In this document: piece by piece, positions 48,490 to 62,618 of the stretch
Position numbering within the stretch: the stretch's first letter is position 1
Layout: the number at the start of each line of letters is the position of its first letter
From: Octopus sinensis
Taxonomy: Eukaryota
Reading direction: 5' to 3'
Length of the DNA: 64,000 bases
Assembly (NCBI RefSeq): GCF_006345805.1
Contig: NC_043013.1
Location: 806,001-870,000 of the forward strand
Program-made: the position numbers and the translations under genes
The notes under the pieces: generated by a model
What the model was told of the DNA's origin: nothing
Databases searched by the model: none
What the model saw: the letters and a program-made list of their open reading frames with translations, nothing else

Positions 48490-48890
48490 CTGCCCATTGG
48501 ATAACAGCGAGGAGATCCGATTGGGGATTAGTCCAGTTTCCTACCCTGATGACAACCTTCAGAAGCTTTGTCATCTGTGAAAGTTCTAATGTTGCTGTGT
48601 TTGATGACATCAATGATATTCCATTTCTATATTTAAGAAATGTGGAATTATGTACATTATTTTCATTTGATGGATATTTGTCCTCATCTTGTTTGTTGTT
48701 AACACAAAGTTTCGGCTGATATACCCTCCAGCCGAAATGTTGTGTTAACAACAAACAAGATGAGGACAAATATCTGTCCATTCTAAATAATGTATCAATG
48801 ATATTAATGTAAATAATGAAGAGGAGTGGGCCCACTGCAGTGCCTTGTAGGACTCCACTGATGACTCTTACCGAGCTTGATCAAAGACCA
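48490..48890 (-). mobile_element. CR1/L2-type RT remnant interrupted by a SINE C fold-back (48625-48793)
   Basis: SGVLQGTAVGPLLFIIYIN...SNIRTFTDD...QSDLLAVIQWAE; atcaatgatatt is duplicated at 48609-48620 and 48794-48805. Confidence 0.7.
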
Positions 48891-50390
48891 TCGCACATTC
48901 AAGGTTCTGTGCATCAGAAAACATTCAACCCACTTTCCTAGTTTCTTTCAGACTCCAATGTTGGATGGTCTCTTTTGTAGTATGCTGTGGTCAGCTATGT
49001 TGAAGGTCTGCATTGGAGCCCTCTCTCAGGTCCTTCAGGATGTCATCAAAATAATGCAGGATTTGTGTTGGGGTATCTCTGCCATTGCAGAAACCATACA
49101 GGTTGGGAATAAGCAGGCTGTTATTTCCCGAAAAGTTGCTTGAGACCTCATCACACTCTCAAATAATTTGTTGTTGTTGTTGATGTTGATGGTGATGATG
49201 ATGATTGTGTGTGTATGAGAAAACATGTGGAAGGAGCAGTAGACCCAGGAAGATGTGGGACAAAGTGGTGAGAAAGGATCTTCAGGTGTTGGGCTTCACA
49301 GAGGGGACAACAGGGGGCCAAGACTCCTGGCAGTTTGCTGTGCTTTAGAAGACATGTCAAACTAAATAAAATCATGGTTGCCCTTGCATTCAGGCATGAC
49401 CCCTTGCATCCTTCTTCAGCTGAGCATTTCTAATCTTGTGGGTGCTGGTGCTGCATAAAAGCACCCAGTAGACTCTGTAAAGTGGTCGGTGTTAGGAAGG
49501 GCATCCAGCTGTAGAAACCAAGCCAAATTTGACCTGGCTGCATGGAAAATGGATGTTAAAGGATGATGATGATGAGGAGGAGGAGGAGGTGGAGAAGGAT
49601 AAAATGTAGTGTGTGTTGAAAAATGTCAATAATTCAAATATGCTTATTAAAATGTGAGTCTGGGGTTTGGACAAAGAATTTTATCTGTTCTGGAGTGGCC
49701 ATCAAGATGGTTGACCACCTGCTGTTTTGAATCTGTGTGTGAATGTTTAAACAATGGATAAATGAGTTTTGGGAAGGTTCAATAAACAGCTGACGTTTCT
49801 CTCTCTCTCTCACGTGCACACACTAAGCAATTTACACAATAAACTGACTATTTTCGAGAAATTCCAGCTGAAGGTACTAAAAGAGTGTTATCATCATCCT
49901 CATCATCACCATTTAATGTTTTTCATGCTGGCATGTGTTGGATGGTTTGATAGGGATGGGTGAGCCAGAGGACTGTGCCTGGCTCTTCTGCTTTGGTTCT
50001 GTAGTCTTGTGGTTTGTATGAAAAATCCACGTTATTGTCAGCTCTCTTTTTATTCATCAATCAATTAATCAATCATGGAGCTTTAAGAAAAAAAATGTTA
50101 CCATACAAACTAATAATTATCCTTAAAAAAAAACATATATTGAATTAAACTCAGTCTTCCTCAAGTAAACTGTCTTTCTAGCAGTTACTACTACCTGAAT
50201 TGGCATTAATTCATTAAGACTATTTTATCAGTTTGTCTTATCACCGACCTGGCCAATTTCTCTGAAAAGTTTCCTGTGAGATTTTAGGGAGATTTACTAA
50301 GTGATACCTTGACTGATATTATTGCCATCTGTTAAGTAATAAAATTAGATGTCATATCACTGCATTTAATCATCTCATATATATATATAT

Positions 50391-50790
50391 AGGCAGAGGA
50401 GTGGCTGTGTGGTAAGTAGCTTGTTTACCAACCACATGGTGCCGGGTTCAGTCCGTGGCACCTTGGGCAAGTGTTTCCTGCTATAGCCTTAGGCCGACCA
50501 AACCCTTGTGAGTGGATTTGGTAGACGGAAACTGAAAGAAGCCCATCGTATATATATGTATATATATGTATATATGTGTGTGCGTGTATGTTTGTGTTTG
50601 TCCCCCTAGCATTGCTTGACAACCGATGCTGGTGTGTTTATGTCCCCGTCACTTAGCAGTTCGGCAAAAGAGACCGATAGAATAAGTACTGGGCTTACAA
50701 AGAATAAGTCCTGGGGTCGAGTTGCTCGATTAAAGGTGGTGCTCCAGCATGGCCGCAGTCAAATGACTGAAACATGTAAAAGAGTAAAGA
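50391..50790 (+). mobile_element. SINE family A, full length
   Basis: Complete head, core, microsatellite middle and tail. Confidence 0.9.
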
Positions 50791-51896
50791 GATATATATA
50801 TACATATACACCATAGTTATTTAAATGAGAGCCGATCTTTAGAAATGTTTGTAGTATTTAAACGTCAGACAATTCTCAATGAGTTGAAAGATGTCAACTT
50901 GAGTTGATGTTGATGTGAATGTGTGTCCCCGCAGATTGTATACTAATTACCATGACAACACAGTCAGACGTCAATGAAGAAAGGAAAAACACTTAACAAA
51001 CTTTTGAAATGAATTTCATCAAGAAACAGAATCATTGTTCTCAGAATTTAACAATGGCAATAATTACCGTTTTAGATGCTGTGGCAGTACATATATACAA
51101 TAAAATAATTATAGATGCATCCAAAACAAACAAAAACATAGAATGCTTGACCTACCTGGCAACAAAAACTATAAATCCAGTTACACAATGGAAATAGCTC
51201 TCTTAGGTCATAAATACCAGAGACAGCCTCAAACACAAAACATGGAAACCACCCACAACTGAAATAAACTCAGCATCATACACCAAAACAAGAAAATAAC
51301 AAAAATAGATAAACACTAGAAAAACAAAAGTGGTTAACATTTTTACTCTGCATAAGCCACACATAATTATCAATATATAAAGAGGAATTTGCAGCGTCGT
51401 CAATAACAAGCACAACAATGGATACTGCATAGCCAAGTGATAATAGCTCTTTCTATTATAGGCATAAGACCTGATATTTGGTGGGGAAGGAGGGGAAAAT
51501 CAATCCCATCAACCCCTAGTGCTTTACTGGTACTTAATTTATTCCATCCTGAAAGGATGAAAGGCAAAGTTGACCTCGGAATAGAAACCCCTGACTGGAT
51601 CCCGTGCCAGTGGCATGTAAAAAGCATCCACTACACTCTTAGAGTGGCAGGGAATCCAACTGTAGAAACATTGCCAGATCAGATTGGAACCTGGTGTGGC
51701 TACTGACTCTCCAGACCTCAGTCAAACTGTGCAACCCATGCCAGCATGGAAAAACGGACATTAAATGATGATGATGAACATGAAGAAGACTGGGTGAAAT
51801 GCCACTGAGCATTTTGTCCAATGTGCCACCGATTCTGCCAGCTTCACTGCCTTTCAACTAAGTGATAATAACCTCAGCTAATATATCCACACTGCA

Positions 51897-52109
51897 GGGT
51901 GGTGAGCTGGCAAGATCATTAGCATGCCAGGCGAAATGCTTAGTGGTATTTCGTCTGCCGTTATATTTTGAGTTCAAATTCCTCCGAGGTCACCTTTGCC
52001 TTTCATCCTTTCGGGGCCAATAAATTAAGTACCAGTTGCATACTGGGGATGATCTAATCGACTGGCCCACTCCCCAAAAATTTCGGGCCTTGTGCCTAGA
52101 GGAGAAAAG
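51897..52109 (+). mobile_element. SINE family B, full length with 17-bp TSD
   Basis: aatatatcca(c/t)actgca at 51880-51896 and 52110-52126. Confidence 0.9.
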
Positions 52110-54059
52110 AATATATCCATACTGCAAAACTAAACCCTCATCAGACATTTCCTGAAAATCCGCCACCAAAATCACTTGCAGAAGACAAGAACACGAAAGA
52201 GGGTTTCTTTTTCTTATTAACCTTTTGAAGGGTTTCAATATTCCTAAGTCCATATGTGGCAAGCTTGCAGAAGTTTTAGCTTGCCAGGCAATTTCAAATT
52301 AACTGCAACTGATGTCGTATGAATTCCTATTATGAAGTTCTTTGAAATGCTTGACGCTTTGAATGCTTGCATAAAAAACGGCAAATGGTGCTGGTTGAAG
52401 TTCTAATTTTGATATTTTGCTGCTGGAGAAAGAACTGCTTTGCTAGCCTTTTCTGAAATTGAGTTTATTGCAGCACTATTTTACTATGTTTAGCTGAAGA
52501 AGCAGGATCTGAGAAGTTAGTCTTGTGTGCTCATATTTCAATATCATGGCTTAGTTGATCAAGAGATTTTAAACTTTTTATTTTACTTAATTAACCGTTT
52601 GATCATTGTTTAAATGGATGCAGTTTTGGAATATATCCATTGTTAGAAAATACTTAGCTTGTTCAAACTTCAGTGATTCTCAGGTACAAGTTGCAACTTT
52701 CATGTTGACAATGTGAAGGTGGCACCCTGTACTCAAAGCTCACCCAGATTTCCACCTCATTGCTGCTGATGTGTTTCACTTTATTGTACCAGCGTTTTCT
52801 GTATGATTGTATAACATGCTAGAAATAGTACCCACATATCACTCTCAATTCATACCCTATTGTCATAATTTGTTTATAAGCTACACTGCTTGTCAAAAAA
52901 TGCCATTAATATAAATTTTTAAATAAAACAGAAAAGTAGCAGATTGCAGCCCCACAAAATTTTTTAATAACACAAAACTTAGGAAGCAATATCAACAACA
53001 GCAACAATAATAATAATAATAATAATAATGTTGGAATACGACCGTACGTAAGGAGTTTGGTGACAAATTTCTCCTCTTGTATGTCGCACGGCCGCATCCT
53101 AACATTACATAATGATATAAGCCATAATACATGTTTATATTATACAGTGCCAAAAGAAATGAATAAAGGATGCCCAAACCGTTCTACTTTTATAAAGAGA
53201 AGATAGATTTTATTCACAGTGTACAAAGTGAGTTGTGATTACTAGCGTAGTGTTGTGTTATGAATGCCTGCATATAATATTTGTGTCTGTGTGTTCTTGT
53301 GTGCGACAGGAGGTACAGATAAAGGTGCATGCGAATACAAGAGAATTACAGAGCATAAGAGAAGTCTCAACATATTGAGTTAAGATAGAGTTATTTTACC
53401 AGTTCATGTAGTACACGATAATAAGATTTGAGTCTCGAAGCAGAGACTAGTTGAGTCACTTGTTGTGCATATTTCTCTTGATATAGATGGTCTTTCAGAT
53501 ATATACTGCAACTGTTTTTCCGTGGTGATAGTTTCACACAAACAGCGTGAGTTGAATCTGTATTTATCTTGTGTACAAGTTGAATCTTCGGAGATGGAGA
53601 TGATGCTGGTGATGACGTTCTATCTGCCGCTGGTATACAATAGTGTCTTCATAGTATGGTTGGCTTGGCTGTCGTCTGTATTTTGAACTGGAACATGGTT
53701 GAGTAAGCTCTGTGTGGTCTCCGACCAGACCTTAGAAGGTCTTGAGTTGAAAGACGGTGAATCATGAAATAATCAGCCTATTTATGGACTGAAGATGGCT
53801 CAATTGAAAGATCCTATCCGAAATCCATGATTGGTCAGTTTACACACTGGCGTGAAATAAGTAGAGAGACAGACTGCGCTTAGATGCTAACCAATCATAT
53901 CAGTGGACACAACATGGTTAAACTAGCCAAAGATGTTTGTAATCTCAAACGAGATCATTCCTAATGTTTTTCTCAAACAGTGAAGATAGCAATATTGCTA
54001 CAATAATAATAATAATAATAATGATATAAAGGGTGTGCACTACTGAAAATCAGGCAAAC

Positions 54060-55131
54060 AATGCATCACCATATTAAGAGCAGTGACATTTGGCCTCTAT
54101 GCATCATAACAGGATGTACACAGACAATACACCATATGAGATGTCATCGGGTGTACCACAGGGATCTGTCCTTGGTCCCCTCTTGTTTGTGGCATACATT
54201 AACGACATAGATGCCAATTTAAAGAATGCCACAGTATTGAAATATGCAGACGACATCAAGCTGTACCTTGAATCAAGAGGACAGATCCTGATGTCTACAA
54301 CTCTTTCCTGCAATCAGACCTAGACACAATGCAGCAATGGATCACAGACTGGCAACTGAAACTGGCTGTGGACAAGTGTACCACCATGCATTTTGGAAGA
54401 AAAAACCCTGCGTTCACATACTCCCTCCACAACACTGATATCAAGAATCCTCTTGCGAGCGTGACCTAGGCATCACTGTCAGCAGTGATTTGCGTTGGAC
54501 AAAGCATATCTCTAAGATTGTCAGGAAGGCCGAGGGTGTCTTGGCATCACTCAGCAGGTCTTTTGTTAGCCGCTCTCCAGCCATCTATTTAAAACTGTAT
54601 ACAGCTATGGTACGACCACACTTGGAATTTGCATCATCAGTTTGGAACCCCTATCTTGCACAGAACATTGACCTCCTGGAATCTGTCCAGAGACGTGCAA
54701 CCAAACGCATACCCTCCATCAGACACCTACCATATTCTGAGCGCCTTGTTTCCCTGGGCATGGATTCACTGAAGCTCCGGCGTCTGGCGACGGACTTGGT
54801 AAACACCCACAAAGTTATCAACCACCTCACCAACAACAACACTGAACACCTTTTTGATCTCCATGTGTCTAACACACGTGGACATGCCTACAAAGTCAGA
54901 AAACAATACAGCTCTCATGACTTTCGGAAACATTTTTTCACGCTCAGAGTTGCTGAAGCATGGAATAAACTGCCTGCGTCAGTTGTTGACTGCCATGACA
55001 CTGCATCTTTTAAGGCCCTCATGCTTTCCGAAATCCGCCAAAACTACACCTGATTATATATACACTTTAGAGGAGTTGTAGTGTACCTGAGCACTGTACA
55101 CAATTATTATTATTATTATTATTATTATTAT
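54060..55131 (+). mobile_element. 5'-truncated CR1-type LINE (RT core to (tta)n tail)
   Basis: [59 protein letters not shown]. Confidence 0.92.
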
Positions 55132-57639
55132 TTAATACCTACAGAACACTCAAACAAAATGCTACAAATGAAAACCACTTGGGCATGGGAAGGGCTCAGT
55201 TTGTTTCTGCAGTAAGCTTAAACACCTGCAGTCTTTGTCATTGCATGAAAAGTCACCACCAAAAGCCGCAGACACAAATACAACACCCCAGAGCATTTCT
55301 ACAATAATATTTTACTAACACCTTCTTTCCTGTTCAGGATCCCCTATAGAAATATGTGCAGCATAACTTGTATCACTGGGGTGTCAATATGTGAATATTT
55401 AGATATCTCTTCTAATTGTCATTTCTCTTTTGCCCCTTCTCCTACTAAATGTGTAGCTATGCAGACCCTCTTCAAGAACCTGTTCTGAAACCCTCTCTTC
55501 TCTCATAGTTTAACCCCTTGTCCTCTAGCATGGAGCTGACTCCCTCCCCTCCACTTTCCCTGGGGTTTGTAGTCTTGTGAGCCATCTGGCAACCTCAGTG
55601 GTGTAGGTGATATGAAAAGAAGCACCCAGTACTCTCTGTGATGTGATTGGCATTAGGAAGAGCACCCAGCTGCAGAAACCATTCCAAAGGAGACATTGGA
55701 GCACAATGCAGTCCCTGGGCCCATCGGATCCTGTCACACCATCCAACCCATGCCAGCGTGGAATGTAGACGTCAAATGATTATGATGATGATCACATGCT
55801 ATGTTGGGATGGTTTCATTAATAACAGCAAGAAGAAAGGAGCGCCATCAGTCACACTCTCACTGACTCCAACTTGCCTGCTCCAGATGTGGCTACCACCT
55901 CTGTCTGCAGATATGTAGAAACAGTGGTGATAGTGCTGCATGTTCATACGGTTACACTGCATCCTATGCAGTGCATCCTTGAAGTGCACAGGTCAGTCTT
56001 CAGGTGTGGAGATGGATCTGTGGGTTACATTTCCTTGTTTAGCACCAACTGCCTGCATGCCATGCGTTTCACCTAACACTGCACAACAATAACCAATGCA
56101 GTTGATTTTACTCCTTTCATTTTGATGACTTATTTGTGCAGTCATGTTGACACGTTAAAATTACCATTGTATGTTAACCTTTTCAAATCAGTTCAGTGGT
56201 ATTTTCTTTTGTAAATACATTTAAAAAAAAGAGTACATGAAGTTATTCTTTAGTTATAAACAAAAGTGTATTGTAATAAAAAGTACTAATTATTGTTTGT
56301 CACATGCTCACAGAGTTGCATTGTTTAAGTACCAGACAGTTTTTTTTTAATTAGTGGAAAGTATTTCTTTTATATAATTATGAATATGGCCGTCTATAGC
56401 ATATACGTTTTTTTGACTGGAAATTTAAACCTATAATAAAGACAGAGCTGAGAGAAGCAGACATGAAGACTTCTAAGTAGGTTTCCTGTTGGGTCAGTTT
56501 ACAAACATTTCTTAACACACCCGCTTGTGCATGCACACACACACACACACACATGCATTCACACACACAAGTTTCTCTTGAAAACTAGATTATTAATTAT
56601 AGAAGTGATATTAATAGCCACAACACTCTACGGATTCCAACACTAATAAAAATGATTAAGCTGTATTATGTTCATATTTAAAAGAAAAACTGTACCCTAC
56701 ATATATACATATGAACTATTTATTTTCCACTTCAATAACTGAACAACTTTAACAGTGAAATCACTAATAAATGATTTACTGAGAGGTATCAAGGCTTTAA
56801 AGAGCAGTGAAGTAGAAAGGGGAAAAAGGAAAACAAAGGCTTAGTTGTGAAAGGGTAACTAATCTTAGCTGAAGTGCATTGTGTTCACTTATTCTAACAC
56901 AGCATTCACATTTGTTTTTGGCAGTAATTAAAAGGGGAAAATCTCTCACTGCGTTTCCCTATTAACATAAAATATGATGTTATCCTGTATCAAATCTATA
57001 AAATATGTTTAAAACTGTTGGTTTATTGAAAGTTCAAATATTTTAATATGGTTGAATTCTGGAAGTTTGGCTCCTATGGAAGTAAGCATGAAACATTATA
57101 AAAATTATATATGGCTCTATATAACAGGGTGGGATTAATGGGATCGAGCATGACTGTATGGTGAAGAATTAAGAAAGAGAAATCAGTGAGATGTCTTTTT
57201 ATTAATAAACAGATATTATAGGAGAGATATGATGAGAAAATCTCACAGGAAGCTTTCAAGAGATGGGATTATTTAAAAATATTTGCAAGCTGTGTCTGTC
57301 CCTATGCAGAAGTGATAATGATGGCAGCTATAATAGTGCAACAAAATTCATTATGATGCTTGAAATAACGAGTTGGTATGCTTGGCTTGTACTATGCCAG
57401 TTTCATTTTAATTAAACAGCAATTTGTGTCTAGTGTGACTTAACTAACCTACATTAAAACAAGACAGAAATTAAATTTGCCACTACTATCATTATTGTTA
57501 CTGCTAATGTTTTGCTGCATGTGATTATTGCAACAACAACACCCATCTTGTGTTAATTATAAATTAGCATAGAGAAATAATGAGGAAATATTAATTGATT
57601 GACACAGTTTTTAATTTTGGACTACTTTTTTCAAAGCAT

Positions 57640-57925
57640 TGGTGCTGGTGTCACATAAAAAGTACTGGTGCTGGTGCCACATGGAAAGCACTGGTGCCGG
57701 TGCCACGTAGAAAGCACTGGTGTTTGTGCCATGTGGAAAGCACTGGTGCCGGTGCCACGTGGAAAGCACCTAGTACACTCTGTAAAATGGTTGGCGTTAG
57801 GAAGGGCATCCAGCCATAGAAACCAAAATGGTCAACGGAACCTTGTGTGGATCCCTACCATGCCAGCTCCTGTCAAACTGTCCAACTTGTGTTAGCATGG
57901 AAAGTGGACATTAAATGATGATGAT
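57640..57925 (+). mobile_element. RTE-tail-type repeat with about 5 tandem 26-bp units (ggaaagcactggtgccggtgccacgt)
   Basis: Visible periodicity followed by the standard tail. Confidence 0.75.
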
Positions 57926-58264
57926 GCAAATGTAATATTTCCTCTTGCAGCTTCAATTTCAGTTTCTGGTAGAATTTTTTTCACTTTAACCTTTAAAAGA
58001 GAAATATATCTAAATAAAAACCGTATCAGAAAATCAGTCATTCAAGATAATTTTCTTGCTAAACCAAACTTTTTCAGTTTTGTTTGGAGATAGAAGTAGA
58101 ATTTTAAGAAATATAAACTCTGTGAATTTGAATGCAGTTCATAAATTCTTTGTCTTCATAAAAATAAAATAATTGAATTCAAGGGTAATCAATAGTTCAA
58201 GGTGGTGAACTGGTGGAATTGTTAGCATGCTGGGCAAAATGTTTAGTGCCATTTTAATAATAAT

Positions 58265-58637
58265 AACAAGAGCACTCAGGGAGTGCAAGCCTCCACCAAA
58301 GCAACACTAACGTCTTCTCAACGATTAGCCAGAGATGATTTTTAAAATGAGAAAATCTGAAATAAACTTGACTGCTCTCACAAACAAGAATACTAAAAAC
58401 GAACCTACCACTCTCAAGATTAAGTAAAAAAAGAAAAACGGAAATATAATCCAGAATCCTTGTCCAGTATCAGATTGATCCCAAAATCTAATCAGTTTGT
58501 GCCAGTGACAAGGCCAAACATCTCTGAAAGTTACATCCGAATCCATCCAGTGGTTCTTGAGATATTTTGTCCACGGACAAACAAACAAACAAACACAACT
58601 GAAAACAATACCTTGGCCTTTGCTAAGGCGGAGGTAA
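58265..58637 (+). mobile_element. Helentron-associated (HINE/DINE-1-like) non-autonomous element
   Basis: Subterminal inverted repeats cctccaccaaagc / gctaaggcggagg, 3' short hairpin gcctt-tgct-aaggc, (caaa)n near the 3' end. Confidence 0.45.
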
Positions 58638-58644
58638 ATATAAT

Positions 58645-58885
58645 GAAATTATTGTGTAAAGTGCTCAGGTGCACTACAGCTTATCAAAGGTGCATGTATA
58701 GTACATAGAATTATGCAGAAAAGTCAGGAAAGTGAACAGTGTATGATTCATGATATACATGTGTATGGAGTGGGGTAGATATCAGGTGTAGTGTTGGCGA
58801 ATTTCGGGAAGCACAGAGGTTTTAAAGGATGCAGTGTCTTGACAACTAACAAATGATACAGGTAGTTTGTTCCATGCTTCGGCCA
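58645..58885 (-). mobile_element. CR1-type LINE 3' end
   Basis: Reverse complement of 10890-11135 (gtgctcaggtgcac, caggtgtagt.ttggcgaat, gtttgttccatgcttc). Confidence 0.8.
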
Positions 58886-59303
58886 CATTGTATAGTCGAT
58901 ACTACATAATTGTCCTTCTTATGAACCACACATCCCTGAAAGATAAGATTAGAAGGAGGAAAACATGAAACTCTGCCAAGGTCGACTATTTTTAGGGCAA
59001 CGAGCTGGCAGAATTCTAAGCATACTGGACAAAATGCTTTGTGGCATTTTGTCTGTCTTTACGTCTTGTGTTCAAATTCTGCTGAGGTTGACTTTGCTTT
59101 TCATTCTTTCAGAGTCGATAAACTAAATACCAGTAGAGCCCCCTCCCTTGAAATTGCTGGCCTTGTGCCAAAATTTGAAACTAATTTATTCCAGATTTTT
59201 TTCAATGAGTCTAATTTTCATTGATGAGCTGGTATATAGAAACGGCTATTAAGGAAGGATAGGAAAATATTAGATTTATAAGCCCTAAAATTCACTCCAT
59301 AAT

Positions 59304-59537
59304 TGCCCACAGGCATATGGCATAGTGGTTAAAAGCATGGGCTACTAACCCCAAGATAATAATAATAATAATAATATCGAAAAATACCTTAGGAATGAGA
59401 ACCCAGGTTTTGAAATTTCCCCAAGACACCTGATGAAGGCTGGAGGGTATTTCAGCCAAAACGTGTTAACAACAAACAAGGACAAATATCCGTCAAATGT
59501 AAATAATGTACATAATTCCTCATCTCTCAAATATATA
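59304..59537 (+). mobile_element. SINE family C, B-box region deleted, hammerhead GAAA mutated to AAAA
   Basis: tgcccacaggcatatggcatagtggtt...gacacCTGATGAaggctggagggtatttcagccAAAAcgtgtt. Confidence 0.8.
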
Positions 59538-60024
59538 TACAACTGTATCGTTTTTTGTTTTGTAGTAACATTTCTACATACATTATATAGTCGATACTAC
59601 ATAGTTGTCTTTCTTATGAACCACATCCTTGAAAGATAAGATGGAGGAAAACAATGAGAGATATTTCCAAGTGCTTTTGGCAGCTCTGATTTTTTTTTTT
59701 TTTAACGCAGACAATATTTGGAATATTCCCAACTGCTTTAAATTTCGAAGGCCAGTATACGCAGGTGAGAAGAGAGTAATTTATGAACAGGAAGTAATGA
59801 TTGAACATTTTGCTGCAACTAAACAAAATGTTTGAACCCCTGCCTTCAACTCGTTTTCATTTTTTTTTTTTCAAGTTAAAATTCTCTTTGTTTAGTGTAT
59901 GTAATATCTAATATATACCTAGCACATTGCATTAATCTCCATAATGTTTTGACCTCACTAGTTTTCAGTTATTAGTCAATAAACAGCTGCTGCAAACTGT
60001 TAAATTTCATTTTACCCATCCACC

Positions 60025-60055
<31 letters not shown>

Positions 60056-60806
60056 GTGTGTGTGTGTGTGTGTGTGTAATGTATCATCATACATTATGTA
60101 TGTATGTATAAAATCTATATTGTATACAGAGTAGTAACAAATAATTCTCTTCCAATATGGCTTTCTTTCTTTGCTTGAAATGAGTTAGGGGAGTAATTAA
60201 CACATTTTTAATAATAAAATAAAATTATTGTTCCAAATTACTGTTGCAGTCTTTTACAAATTCAACTGATATCAGTCAGCTAACTTTGGAAGATATGAAT
60301 AATTCTACTTAATTTATTTTCTGGGACAACACATAGCTGAATACACAAAGAATAGAAATCCGACTTTGCTTTAATTCAGTAAACTGATCCATACATTGCT
60401 ATATTTGGTTAAAAATAAGCATTTACAAATCATGTAATCACATACTGATTATAGGAAACCTATAAAGTCTTTTGATAAATGCTGTTTTTTCCCCATATTT
60501 AGAACACCTTTTGCTAAACACTTGGCTCACAGTTATTAAATTGGAACCAATGACTGTGTAGCGAGTACATCGTCATTGTTTTTATATCCACTTTTTCATA
60601 CTTGCATGGGTTAGATGGAGTTTATTGAGGCAGATTTTCTGCAACTGGATGCCTTTCCTGTTGCTAACCTTCACCTGTTTCAAGCAAGGTAATATCATCC
60701 CATGGCTGGACAGGCTTTCATGGAAGACTGGAACCAAACAGCACTGCTTGTATAACAATGGTGCTCATTTACAACTATTGTACCAAGACAAGGAGGCACA
60801 AACCTA

Positions 60807-61695
60807 CGAGGTGGTATGAAAAAGTTCTCGGAACAGTTCTGTAGCAAGCCAACAAATGGCAGCACACACTTGCGTGCGCAGTGAGGGCTGGTAGTGACCT
60901 TTATGAGACTGTGTCCCTAGTGACGTTGCTGTGTTTGCTTTGTAAGTTGTGAAATTTGTGATTTTTGTGATTACATGTATGCTGTAGTTGATTTTCATCA
61001 TGGACATGAAGTTGGAACAAAGAGCCAACATGGAATTTTGCGTTAAACTTGAGAAGTCTGCTATGGAGACATTGAGCATGCTTTGGTAAGCTTATGACGA
61101 TGAAGCAGCGGATCGTATACAATGTTTCAAGTGGCACGGGTGCTTCAGAAGCTGAACATCCCTGGAAGATGATGAGCGATCTGGAAGATCTATCATAAGT
61201 GTCACCTCTGGAAATGTGGAGAAAATCCATCAGTTTGTGCATGAGGGCCATTGGAGGACAATCAATAATATTTTGAAGCATTTGAGGGAAGACATTGAAT
61301 GAAAGCAACTGGATGTGTGGAGTGCAAAGAATAGGGTTCTTCATGATGACAAAGCACCCTGTCATTGCTCTCTTCACTTACGAAAAAATATGGTATCACT
61401 TCCACACCTGCTGTTTTTGCCAGATTTAGCACCTGCAGACTTCCATATCTTCCCCAAGAGGAAAATGCATCTCAAAGGTCGCTGTTTTAACTCTGTTGTT
61501 GAGAGCAAATCACAGAAGGTCCTTGACTCATGGAAAATGATTTCCTGGCTGGATACCAAAAGTGGCAGGAACACTGGGACCTGTATATTGCTGTGCAAGG
61601 TGACTGTTTCGAAGGAGACCCATGTTAAAACTTAAGGAAATAAGTTATTTTTTTTATTAAATATAACTAGTCTGGGAACTTTTTGATATCACATA
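60807..61695 (+). mobile_element. Degenerate, internally deleted mariner (D,D34D-type) element
   Basis: TIR-like ends (gtggtatgaaaaagttctcgga / tctgggaactttttgatatcac); MDMKLEQRANMEFCVKL, SLEDDERSGR, LHDDKAPCH, PDLAPADFHIFP. Confidence 0.8.
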
Positions 61696-62431
61696 TATAC
61701 ATACATGATAGGCTTCTTTCAGTTTCCATTTACCAAATCCACTTACATGTCTTTGGGGATATAGTAGGAGACTTACCCAAGGTGATACACAGTGGGACTG
61801 GTCCCATGACCGTGTTGTTGAGAAGCAAACTTAACCCCAAAGCCACATCTGTGTGTGTATACACACACATACACATACTCTCTTATAAAAGTGTATTTAT
61901 AATTTAAAGGTGTGTATGTGTGCGTGTATGTGAGTACATTTATAAATGTATGTGTGTCGGTGAATAATGTAGACAACAAAGAATTCTAAAAGAATTGAAA
62001 TTCCAATTCATTTCGAACCTTTCACACACGTTGTCGTTTGTTATATCATTTGCCTGGATTGTCTAAATCCAGCTTTGGCCCACTTGAGTTATTTCCCTTA
62101 TCTTTCCTTTCCTTTTTCTACTTATTCCTCTCCACTTCCATCCAGTGCACATGTCTCACTACCATGTATATTCATGCTTCCCCCACAAGTCCTAATCTAT
62201 TATATTTCCACAGACTGATATCTTTTGTTGATTTATAGTCTGCTTTTGTGCACAGAAGTATTTTTTGTTGTCAAGTCAGGTAACGGTTCCTTGAACTTTT
62301 ACTCTATACTATTATGAAGCTCTCACTGTAATCTCGATGCTAGGTCACCCACATAGAAGCTATCAAGTAAATGTAACAAATTGTCTGAGTTACTCCTGAA
62401 TTTTACTTGGTTGGCGCTCTTGCTCGTCACG

Positions 62432-62507
62432 CCCCAAATCCCGCTCCTCTCTCACTCCTCAAATCCCGCTCCTCTCTCACTCCCCAAATCCCGCTCCTCT
62501 CTCACTC
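62432..62507. repeat. Three tandem 25-bp units (caaatcccgctcctctctcactcc(t/c))
   Basis: Directly visible. Confidence 0.9.
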
Positions 62508-62618
62508 ACAGATCATACGATTTCAACATGACTTTTTCTATATTTATACAAACACAACACTTTGACTGCTTGATTGTTATTTTGTTTGTGTATCTGTGAT
62601 CCTGGAAATGGTTCCCAG

